DNA of 62,475 nt from Myxococcota bacterium (GTDB taxonomy: Bacteria > Myxococcota_A > Polyangia > Polyangiales > Sandaracinaceae): NCBI GenBank assembly GCA_036149055.1, contig JAYZQJ010000183.1, positions 1-62,475 on the forward strand, read 5' to 3'. The notes below the pieces were generated by a model. It searched no databases, was not told the origin of the DNA, and saw only the letters and a program-made list of their open reading frames with translations. The position numbers and the translations under genes are program-made. Shown one piece after another: positions 1 through 7,981 of this stretch (the stretch's first letter is position 1; each line of letters begins with the position of its first letter).

Positions 1-70
1 ATCGGCCGTCCGTCGGAAACCTTGAGTCGAGGTGGTGCGAGAGCGAGGTCGGAGCGCGAGGTGAGAGCGG

Positions 71-310
71 GGTCGCCGCACGCCCCCCACCTCGCCCGAT
101 CCCGCGGCACCGGGCGGCCAGCGAGCGCGCAGCGCGAGCGCGAGCCGCGTGGCTCACGCGCGGAGCGCGGGACTCGCGCGCCGCAGGCGCGCGGAGGGGG
201 TGGGGGGGCCCCGCGGAGGAGGCGCAGCGATGTTTGCGGAGGGCGCAGCCCGGAGCGACCATCGTTGTGCCGCCGCAGCGGGGGGGGCGGGGGCGAACCC
301 GCCCCTGCCC
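71..310. repeat. Dispersed ~240 bp structured intergenic repeat, copy 1
   Basis: Shares ordered blocks with 42875-43127: GGTCGCCGCACGC, GGGCGGCCAGC, AGCGCGAGCGCGAGCCGC, GGGTGGGGGGGCCCCGCGGAG, CGTTGTGCCG-CGCAGCGGGGGGG...GGGGGCG-ACCCGCCCCTGCCC. Contains multiple short hairpins. Confidence 0.85.
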
Positions 311-323
311 CAAAAACACAGCC

Positions 324-1190
324 TCAGCCCACGCGGCGGAGCTTCGCCTTGATCGGCACCTCGGTCTCGTAGACCCGCTTCACGCCGTCGCCGAGCGCCT
401 CCTCGACCGCGCGGATGTCGCGCACGAGCCGGGTGAAGCCCTGGGGCTCGATCGAGGCCGACTGGTCGCTGCCGAACATGGCGCGGTCGAGGGTGACGTG
501 ACGCTCGACGACGCAGGCGCCGAGGGCCACGGCGGCGACCGAGGTGGCGAGCCCGAGCTCGTGGCCGGAGTAGCCGATCGGCACGCCGTAGCGCTCCTTC
601 AGCATCGGGATGCACTGGAGGTTCAGCTCCTCGTTCTTCGAGGGGTAGGTGCTGGTGCAGTGGAGGATGATGAGGTCCTCGGTGCCGAGCACCTCGACCG
701 CGTGGTCGATCTCCTCGAGGGTGCTCATGCCGGTGCTAATGATGATCGGCTTGCCGGTCGCGCGCTTCGCCTTCAAGAGCGCGTCGTCGGTCAAGCTCGC
801 CGAGGCGACCTTGTAGGCGGGCACGTCGAACTGCTCCATGAACGCGATCGACGGCTCGTCCCAGCAGCTCGCGAACCAGTGCAGGCCCTTCTCGGCCGCG
901 TGGCGCCCGATCGCGTGGTAGGCGTCGGCGTCGAGCTCGAGGTGGCGCTTGAGGTCGCCGTTGGTCGCGCCGAACGGGGTCTCGCGCGGGCGGGCGAGCT
1001 CCTCGGCCGTGTAGACGATGTCGAGGGTGCGCTTCTGGAACTTCACCGCGTCGGCGCCGGCCTCGGCGCACACGTCGGTGAGCTGGTTGGCGATGCCGAC
1101 GTCGCCGTTGTGGTTGATGCCGATCTCGCCGATGACGTAGCAGGGCTCACCGTCGCCGATCCAGCGCTCTCCGATCTTCACCTTGGTCAT
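324..1190 (-). CDS. neuB: NeuB-family PEP-dependent ulosonic acid (phosphate) synthase, lacking the C-terminal SAF/antifreeze domain
   Basis: Motifs EIGINHNG, AVKFQKR, KVASA, IISTGMS, LHCTSTYP, GYSGHE, VERHVTLDR, GSDQSAS. ATG at 1190 has a GAGGG RBS. Confidence 0.9.
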   Translation of the reverse strand: MTKVKIGERWIGDGEPCYVIGEIGINHNGDVGIANQLTDVCAEAGADAVKFQKRTLDIVYTAEELARPRETPFGATNGDLKRHLELDADAYHAIGRHAAEKGLHWFASCWDEPSIAFMEQFDVPAYKVASASLTDDALLKAKRATGKPIIISTGMSTLEEIDHAVEVLGTEDLIILHCTSTYPSKNEELNLQCIPMLKERYGVPIGYSGHELGLATSVAAVALGACVVERHVTLDRAMFGSDQSASIEPQGFTRLVRDIRAVEEALGDGVKRVYETEVPIKAKLRRVG

Positions 1191-1207
1191 GTCTCGCTTC
1201 CCTTCTT

Positions 1208-1822
1208 TCAACCGAACAGCAGCTGCTCCACCACGTCACAGACGGCGTGGAGGGCGGCGGTGTGGATTTCCTGAACCCGCGCCGTGTGACGCGAGGGGGC
1301 TCTGAGCACGAGGTCGGCGGCGGGGCTGCCGCTCTGGCCGACGATCGCGATGGTGGCGAGGCCGCGCTCGGTCGCGGCGTCGAGGGCGGCGAGCACGTTC
1401 TTGCTCGTGCCGCTGGTCGAGAGGCCGACGAGCACGTCGCCGGGGCGGCCGAGGCCGTGGACCTGGCGCGCGAACACCTGCTCGTAGCCGTAGTCGTTCG
1501 CGATGCAGGTGACGACCGAGGGGTCGACGGTCAGGGAGACCGCGGGGAGCGAGGGGCGCTCCATGCCCATCCGGCCGATGAGCTCGGCGACGAAGTGCTG
1601 GGCGTCGGCCGCGCTGCCGCCGTTGCCGCAGGCGAGGATCTTGCCGCCGCCGCGGATGGACGTCGCGCACATCGCGCCGGCCTCGGCGATCTGGGCCGGG
1701 AGCGTCTGGGCGGCGATCGCGGCGGTCCGGCTCAGCTCCATGAGCGCGTCTCGCACGCGGGTCACGCCCGCGTCCTCTTCCCGCTCGACGACCAGGTCCC
1801 AGGCGGGCCCGGTCTTCACCAT
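1208..1822 (-). CDS. gmhA: SIS-domain phosphoheptose isomerase (GmhA/DiaA family)
   Basis: Motifs CGNGGSAADAQH, ANDYGYEQVFARQV, STSGTS, VQEIH. ATG at 1822 has a GAAGGAG RBS. Confidence 0.85.
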   Translation of the reverse strand: MVKTGPAWDLVVEREEDAGVTRVRDALMELSRTAAIAAQTLPAQIAEAGAMCATSIRGGGKILACGNGGSAADAQHFVAELIGRMGMERPSLPAVSLTVDPSVVTCIANDYGYEQVFARQVHGLGRPGDVLVGLSTSGTSKNVLAALDAATERGLATIAIVGQSGSPAADLVLRAPSRHTARVQEIHTAALHAVCDVVEQLLFG

Positions 1823-1832
1823 CGCTGCTCCT

Positions 1833-3029
1833 TCACGCCACACGTCGCACTCCTTCCGCGAGCTCCGCCCGGGCCGCGAGGATGGCGTCCGCCACCTCCC
1901 GCACCGCGCCGTCGCCGCCGATCTTCTCCGTCACCCACACCGCGGCCGCCTTGGCCGGGGGCGTCGCGTCCGCGACCACGATCGGCACGCCGACCTGATC
2001 GAGCGCGCCGAGGTCGTTGACGTCGTTGCCCACGAACGCGACCTGCCGCGGCGAGAGCTTCGCGTCGGCGAGGATGCGCGCGACCGCGGCCCGCTTGTCC
2101 GCGATGCCCTGATGGCAGCGGATGCCGAGCTTCTGGCAGCGCGCCGCCACCACCGGGTTGGTCTCGGTGCTCACCACCTCGACCCGCAGCCCCGCGTCGC
2201 GGAGCCGGGCGATGCCCCAGCCGTCGCCGCGGTGACAGGTGACCGACTCGGTGCCGGTCTGGTCGACGCTGACGCGGTTGTTGGTCATCACCCCGTCGAA
2301 GTCGAGGAGCACCAGCCGGAGCGGCGCGAGGAGCGACGGGTCGGCCTTGGGCACCTCGCTGATGAGCAGGGCCTCCATCAGCGCGAGGTCCTCGGGCTCG
2401 TCGACCTGGAAGGAGTCGCGCACCCGCATCTCGTAGGTGGCGACCTTGCCGCCGAGCCGGTTGTTCTGCTCGCGCAGCACCGACGGGCGGAAGACGTAGA
2501 TCGAGCCGTTCTCCACCACGTCGACCGGCGCGTCCTGCCGGCGGGGGCGCGCGGTGTGGTCGTAGTTGAGCGAGCGCGGCCCGCCCTCGTGCATGCGCCA
2601 CACGAAGCCGTGGGTGGGGCAGCAGGAGAAGAGCGAGTCCGCCTCCTGCTCGACGAGGGTGGCGATCGCGTCGCCGATGTCGTTGGGCTGGCGGAAGGGC
2701 GAGGTGCACTGGAGGAAGACCACCAGGTCGGGCACGTATCCCTCGCGGGCCTCGAGGGCGTCGAGCGCGTGGACCAGCGCGGACTCGCTCGAGGCGGTCG
2801 GCCCGGCCAGGGTCGCGGGCCGCTCGATGACCTCGGCGCCCCAGGCGCGCGAGACCTGCGTGATCTCCCGGTCGTCGGTCGAGACCACCACGCGGGTGAT
2901 CGCCTCGGTGCGCAGCGCCTGGCCGATGGTCCAGGAGATCAGCGGCCGGCCGCCGAGCGCGCGCACGTTCTTGCGGGGGATCCCGACCGAGCCGCCGCGG
3001 GCCGGGATGATGGCGAGGATCTCTTTCAT
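1833..3029 (-). CDS. neuA: Acylneuraminate cytidylyltransferase (NeuA/CMAS) fused to a KdsC-like HAD phosphatase
   Basis: N-terminal IPARGGSVGIPRKN, VVSTDD, LQCTSPFR, ENGSIY. C-terminal LLDFDGVMT, DGWGI, VGNDVND, GGDGAVREV. Start overlaps the upstream stop (ATGA). Confidence 0.9.
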   Translation of the reverse strand: MKEILAIIPARGGSVGIPRKNVRALGGRPLISWTIGQALRTEAITRVVVSTDDREITQVSRAWGAEVIERPATLAGPTASSESALVHALDALEAREGYVPDLVVFLQCTSPFRQPNDIGDAIATLVEQEADSLFSCCPTHGFVWRMHEGGPRSLNYDHTARPRRQDAPVDVVENGSIYVFRPSVLREQNNRLGGKVATYEMRVRDSFQVDEPEDLALMEALLISEVPKADPSLLAPLRLVLLDFDGVMTNNRVSVDQTGTESVTCHRGDGWGIARLRDAGLRVEVVSTETNPVVAARCQKLGIRCHQGIADKRAAVARILADAKLSPRQVAFVGNDVNDLGALDQVGVPIVVADATPPAKAAAVWVTEKIGGDGAVREVADAILAARAELAEGVRRVA

Positions 3030-4243
3030 CGCGCCGCGACCTCCTGCACGAACGGGTGGGACTTCACGCGGAGGGTGCCGAGGGTGTCGTTCACCAGGGC
3101 CCGGGTCTCGCGCCGCGCGATCTCGACCAGCTCGGCCTTGCGGGCCTTCGCCTGCGCGCTGAGGGCGTCTCGCTCGCTCGAGGCCGCGCGCACCGCCGAG
3201 ACGAAGCGCTCGGTGCGGCACTCGCGGTCGAAGTCGAAGAGATCGATGTGCTGGTCCTTCGGCGAGCCGAACAGCTCCTGCATCCAGCCGTTGGAGCGGG
3301 TGGTCGAGAGGCTCACCACCGGGGTGCCCATCGCCCAGGGGAGGATCACCGAGTGCAGCCGCTGGCCGAGCACAAGGTGCAGCTTCTCGTAGACCCCGGC
3401 GAGCAGCGCCGGGTGACCGAGGTCGGCGCCGTGGTAGATGGCCGGCACCTCCTCGTGGAGGAGCAGGAGCGCGCCCTCGGGGAGCGACGCGCGCAGCAGC
3501 CGGCCGACCTCGAGGTCGCCGCTCGTCAGCAGGTGCGGCGTGAAGACGATCTGGTAGCCGTCCTCCTCCACCAGGCGCTGGCAGGTCTCGACCAGGGTCT
3601 GGACGTAGCGCTCGAAGCTCTCGGCGAAGGGCGCCGGGAAGCGCTCCTCCGGGCGGTCGATGCGCAGGCAGAGGCCGAGCGACTTCCGGCTCGGGTCGAG
3701 GCGCGGCAGGTGCACGCGGCCGGGCTCGACGTGGAGCGCGCAGTCGGGCACGAAGGAGACGCCCTCGGTCACGCCGAACTGCTCCTCGAGCATCTTCACC
3801 GAGCCCTGCTCGCGCACCGAGAAGTGCGCGGCGTGCTTCACGGTGGCGCGCACGTGGCTCGCGGTGTGGGCCGGGAAGTGCTGCGGCGCGAAGGCGCGGT
3901 AGTTGTAGCCGGTGGAGTAGATGGCGAACGGCACCTCGAGGCTCGGGATGAGCGCCTCCGGGATGTCGAAGCCCCACCCGCTCGCCGACCGATCCGCGCC
4001 GCGGTGGTAGAGGAAGCCGCCGCCGCCCATGACGACCAGGTCGTACGAGGCGTTGATCGTCGCGATCGTCTCCTCGCGGAAGGGCAGGTCGTAGATGAAC
4101 GACTGGTCGACGATGACGTCGAGGCCGGCGGCGTCGACCGCGTCGCCGAAGACGCGGAGCCAGCCGGCGAAGATCGCCTGGTCGCCGAGGTTGTTGCCGT
4201 TGCCGTTCAAGACGAGCACCCGGCGCTGCGTGTTCGAGCTCAT
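3026..4243 (-). CDS. Polysaccharide pyruvyl transferase family protein
   Basis: Motifs NNLGDQAI, MGGGG, FSVRE, VPDCA, QRLHSVI. Confidence 0.75.
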   Translation of the reverse strand: MSSNTQRRVLVLNGNGNNLGDQAIFAGWLRVFGDAVDAAGLDVIVDQSFIYDLPFREETIATINASYDLVVMGGGGFLYHRGADRSASGWGFDIPEALIPSLEVPFAIYSTGYNYRAFAPQHFPAHTASHVRATVKHAAHFSVREQGSVKMLEEQFGVTEGVSFVPDCALHVEPGRVHLPRLDPSRKSLGLCLRIDRPEERFPAPFAESFERYVQTLVETCQRLVEEDGYQIVFTPHLLTSGDLEVGRLLRASLPEGALLLLHEEVPAIYHGADLGHPALLAGVYEKLHLVLGQRLHSVILPWAMGTPVVSLSTTRSNGWMQELFGSPKDQHIDLFDFDRECRTERFVSAVRAASSERDALSAQAKARKAELVEIARRETRALVNDTLGTLRVKSHPFVQEVAAR

Positions 4244-5427
4244 GTCCTCACCGTTCCTTCGGATCCCCCGAGCTGCCGGCGGCAGAGCTCGACGAGTCGC
4301 TGACACTGCTGTTGGAGCGCGGCCTCGTGCGGCCCCTCGATGACCGCGGTCGCGAGGGCGAGCGCGGCCCGGGGCGCGCCGGCGCGCGCGAAGACGTCGA
4401 GCAGCACGTGCACGCTCTCGGCGCTGTGCACCGCGAAGCCCGGGCGCCTCAGCATCTGGGTGAGCACCCCGAGGCGATCCATGGAGATCTTCCCGCCGAG
4501 GATCTCCTCCTTGAGGCGCTGCACGTGGCGGTAGGTGTCGAGGCGCTCGGCGACCCAGGCGCCGTCCTGCGCGCGGTCGGGGAGCATCTCCGGCGCGAAG
4601 GCGCGCGGCCCGCCGCTCGGGGTCCCGGTCATGAACAGGGTCCCGCCGTCGGCCATCTTCTGCGGCTCGAGGCCGGCGCGCTCGAACATCGCGGCCAGGG
4701 TGTTGGCCGAGAAGCTCGTCAGGTGCGCGTTCTGGAAGAAGTTGCCCTCGAGCGCGCCGTACGGCTGGGTGACGTTCGGCACCTCGATGAGCAGCGTGCC
4801 GCCCGGCTTCAGCCAGGAGGCGAGGCGGGTCAACGCGGCGAGCGGCTCGTGCAGGTGCTCGAGCACGTGGAACATCTGCACCTGGTCGAAGCGGGCGTCC
4901 GGGGCCGGCGCGAACTCCTCGAGCAGCCCGACGAACACGTCGACCCCGCGCTCGCGCGCCTCGGCCGCCTCCTCGGGCCCGGGCTCGACGCCGAACGCCT
5001 CGACGCCGCCGAGCGCCACCATGTGCATCAGCGTCTGGCCGTCGCGGCAGCCGACCTCGAGCACCCGCTGGCCGGGCTGGAGATCACCGAGCCGAAGCGC
5101 GAGCTGGGCCTGGCTTCGGTAGCGCGCGGCCCGGGCCTCGGCGTACCCCGGGTCGTCCGGGCCGACGAAGCCGCCCCCGCCGGGGAGCGGGAGCTTCACC
5201 GTCCGGTACTGCGCGCGGTAGGGGCCGCGGTAGTAGGCGTCCATCGCCTCGGGCGTCGGTCGCGGGCTCACCCGAACCAGCCCGCAGCTCCGGCAGGCCA
5301 CGTTCCGCACCGCCATGTCGAAGCGGGCGCGGGTGCCGACCACGATGGCGTCGTCCGGCGCGCGCTCGCAGAGCGGGCAGGGCACGGTCTCGTGCTGGCT
5401 CGGATCGTTCCAGGGCTCGGAGGTCAC
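4240..5427 (-). CDS. Class I SAM-dependent methyltransferase with N-terminal Zn-ribbon (glycan-locus type)
   Basis: CPLC...CRSCGLV, VLEVGCRDG, MFHVLEH, IEVPN, HLTSFS. Start placed at GTG 5427 (uncertain). Confidence 0.8.
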   Translation of the reverse strand: MTSEPWNDPSQHETVPCPLCERAPDDAIVVGTRARFDMAVRNVACRSCGLVRVSPRPTPEAMDAYYRGPYRAQYRTVKLPLPGGGGFVGPDDPGYAEARAARYRSQAQLALRLGDLQPGQRVLEVGCRDGQTLMHMVALGGVEAFGVEPGPEEAAEARERGVDVFVGLLEEFAPAPDARFDQVQMFHVLEHLHEPLAALTRLASWLKPGGTLLIEVPNVTQPYGALEGNFFQNAHLTSFSANTLAAMFERAGLEPQKMADGGTLFMTGTPSGGPRAFAPEMLPDRAQDGAWVAERLDTYRHVQRLKEEILGGKISMDRLGVLTQMLRRPGFAVHSAESVHVLLDVFARAGAPRAALALATAVIEGPHEAALQQQCQRLVELCRRQLGGSEGTVRT

Positions 5428-5607
5428 GAGACCCCTGCTCAGCACGATGGATGCCAGCGCTATCCGATAGCCGGATCGCCGGCGATTCCCGCCAAAGAGC
5501 CAAGGTCCCGACGGCCGGATCGCCATCGCTCTGACGGTCCCCCCGAACGCCCCGCCCGGCTCGGGTCGTGGACCCGGGTGGACCGTTCCTTGCTCAGCCC
5601 CCCCGGC

Positions 5608-7278
5608 ATGCAGCCGATCCTTTTCGAGAGCGACAGCGGACTCCCCAGCCTGCGCTTCGGCGCCGAGACCCTCGAGGACCCGGTCGATCCGGTGCTCGCG
5701 GCGGAGATGTTCGCGGGGCCGGAGACGGTCGACCGGACCGATCACGTCGTGCTCTTCGGCGCCGGGCTCGGCTATCGGGTGAGGCGGCTGCGGGAGCTCG
5801 GGCGCGACCCGATCGTCTTCGAGCCGTGCCGCGCGGCGCTCGACCTCGCGCAGCAGCACGGGCCCGGCGTCGACGGCGCCTCCGTCTTCACCGACCTCGC
5901 GGCGCTCCACGAGCACCTGCTGGCGGTCTCGAAGCCCGACCAGAGCACCATCCTATTGCACGCGCCGCCCTACGGCCGCGCCTTCCCCGACGCGCTGAGC
6001 GCGGTCTCGCGCGTGATCGACGAGGTGCAGGGCCTGGTGATGCTGCGCCGGAACAGCGTGCAGGAGCGCGCGGCCTTCCTGACCGAGCGGGCGCTGGAGA
6101 ACCTCCCCCGGCTGAGCCAGGTGCCGTCGATCGCGTCGCTCGGCGGAGTGCTCGACGGCGTGCCCGCCTTCATCGTCAGCGCGGGCCCGTCGCTCGACCG
6201 GAACCGCCACCTCCTCGCCGAGGCGAGCAAGCGCGGCCCGGTCTTCGCGGTCAACACCTCCGCGCCGGTCCTCGCCGCGATCGACGCGCCGATCGATCTG
6301 CTCGTCGCCATCGAGGCGCTCGACGTATCGGAGCCGATGAAGAAGGCCGCGCACGTGACCCGCGCCCTCGCCCTCGACCTCACGAGCGGCGGGCCCAACT
6401 TCGAGGTCGAGGTGGACCGGAAGGTCTGCTTCCTCGCGAGCGCGGCCCAGTACCGCGCGCTCGGCGAGGCGCTCGGGGTCGGCACCCTCGGCTACGGCGG
6501 CTCGGTGGCCACCGCCGCCTTCGCGCTCGCGGCCGCGCTCGGCGCCGACCCGATCGTGGTGCTCGGCCAGGACCTCGCGTACACGGACGGCCGCGGCTAC
6601 GCGTCCGACACCCTCTTCGAGGGCACGGTGGTCCGACGCGAGGGCCCGTTCCTCCACATCGACCGGGTGGCCAAGTGGGACGAGATGACCCGCGCCGGCG
6701 GCCTCAAGGTCCCCTCCAAGACCCGCCCCGCGGTCGACGTCCCGGCGTGGGGAGGCGGCACCGTGTGGAGCACGCACGAGCTGGTGCTCTTCCGGCGCTG
6801 GTTCGAGATGGCCGCGCGCGAGCTGCGCGGGGTGCGGCGCCTGGTGAACGCCACCGAAGGCGGCGCGTCGATCGAGGGCTTCGAGGAGGTCGCGCTCGAG
6901 GCGCTGCTCGCGGAGCTGCCCGAGCGCGAGCACGGCCTGCACGCCGCGATCGACGCCGCGCCCCTCGTGCCGAAGGCGCGCATCCAGGAGGTGGCGCGCG
7001 AGGCGGAGCGGAGCGCGAAGAAGCTCGCCACCGCCGCCACCAAGGTCGTGAAGGGCCTGCGACGCGGGCACGTGGCCGCGGCCCGCAAGGCGAGCGAGCA
7101 GGTCCGCGCCGCCGCCAAGGCGTCCCCGCTCGCCGAGTCGCACGTGGCGCCCGCGCTGATGGAGATCATGGCCGACGACACCCTCGCGCCGGCCGAGCGG
7201 GAGCGGCGCACGTACGCCGCCATCGAGCGCTCCGCGAAGAAGGTCGCCTCGCTCGCGAAGCGCGCCTCTCGCGGGTAG
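5608..7278 (+). CDS. maf: Maf-family (DUF115/MAF_flag10) motility-associated flagellin glycosyltransferase
   Basis: IVSAGPSLD, GGSVATAAF, DPIVVLGQDLAY, NATEGGASIEG. Lies next to a ulosonic acid operon and flagellins. Confidence 0.85.
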   Translation: MQPILFESDSGLPSLRFGAETLEDPVDPVLAAEMFAGPETVDRTDHVVLFGAGLGYRVRRLRELGRDPIVFEPCRAALDLAQQHGPGVDGASVFTDLAALHEHLLAVSKPDQSTILLHAPPYGRAFPDALSAVSRVIDEVQGLVMLRRNSVQERAAFLTERALENLPRLSQVPSIASLGGVLDGVPAFIVSAGPSLDRNRHLLAEASKRGPVFAVNTSAPVLAAIDAPIDLLVAIEALDVSEPMKKAAHVTRALALDLTSGGPNFEVEVDRKVCFLASAAQYRALGEALGVGTLGYGGSVATAAFALAAALGADPIVVLGQDLAYTDGRGYASDTLFEGTVVRREGPFLHIDRVAKWDEMTRAGGLKVPSKTRPAVDVPAWGGGTVWSTHELVLFRRWFEMAARELRGVRRLVNATEGGASIEGFEEVALEALLAELPEREHGLHAAIDAAPLVPKARIQEVAREAERSAKKLATAATKVVKGLRRGHVAAARKASEQVRAAAKASPLAESHVAPALMEIMADDTLAPAERERRTYAAIERSAKKVASLAKRASRG

Positions 7279-7330
7279 AGGCAGATCACCCCACTGACGT
7301 CTTTGTAAATCTCGGGCTAGCGTCCGAGAC

Positions 7331-7981
7331 ATGCAGCCGTCCTTCGATCGCCTGCGCGAGCCGCTGACCGAGATCCTCCTCACCACCCCCGAGGAGCGTA
7401 TGTACGCCGACGTGCTCGATCTGATGCTCGAGGCGTTCGAGAGCGAGTTCGGCTACTTCGGCTACATCGACTCCAAGGGCGATCTCGTGTGCCCGTCGAT
7501 GACCCGGCGCATCTTCGCGGCGTGCCAGGTCCCGGACAAAGACGTCGTCTTCGAGCGCGCGATCTGGGGCGGCCTCTGGGGCCGGATCCTCACCGAGAAG
7601 CGGGCCCTGAAGAAGAACGCGGCCCACGGGGTGCCGGAGGGGCACCTGCCGATCCAGCGCTCGTTCGGCGCGCCGATCCTCTACCGCGGCGTGCTGATCG
7701 GGCAGATCCACCTCGCCAACCGCGACCGGGACTACGAGACGGCGGACGTCGACGTGCTCCGCGAGATCTGCGCCTTCCTCGCCCCGGTGCTCAACGCGCG
7801 GCTGCGACGCGACGAGGAGGAGCGGCGGCGCGTCGAGCTGGAGGAGGATCTCCGCTCGGCCAACGAGGAGCTCCGCGCCAAGGTGGACGAGCTCGAGCGG
7901 CTCCGGGACGCGATGATCGACCGCGAGGAGCGAATGGTCGAGCTGAAGGCGCGGATCCGCGCCCTGGAGGGGGAGGGCTGA
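7331..7981 (+). CDS. Stand-alone GAF-domain protein with C-terminal coiled coil
   Basis: PEGHLPIQRSFGAPI...IGQIHLANRDRDY GAF core; coiled-coil tail ELERLRDAMIDREERMVELK. Confidence 0.75.
   Translation: MQPSFDRLREPLTEILLTTPEERMYADVLDLMLEAFESEFGYFGYIDSKGDLVCPSMTRRIFAACQVPDKDVVFERAIWGGLWGRILTEKRALKKNAAHGVPEGHLPIQRSFGAPILYRGVLIGQIHLANRDRDYETADVDVLREICAFLAPVLNARLRRDEEERRRVELEEDLRSANEELRAKVDELERLRDAMIDREERMVELKARIRALEGEG

Noticed and set aside
22..615. Short ORFs 22-372, 149-352 and 154-615
   Set aside because: They are Arg/Gly/Pro-rich translations of the non-coding repeat or of alternative frames of neuB, with no protein motifs.
7306..7330. TAAAT...CCGAG as a sigma28 promoter for the GAF gene
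   Set aside because: The spacing is too short (13 nt) and it sits immediately against the start codon.
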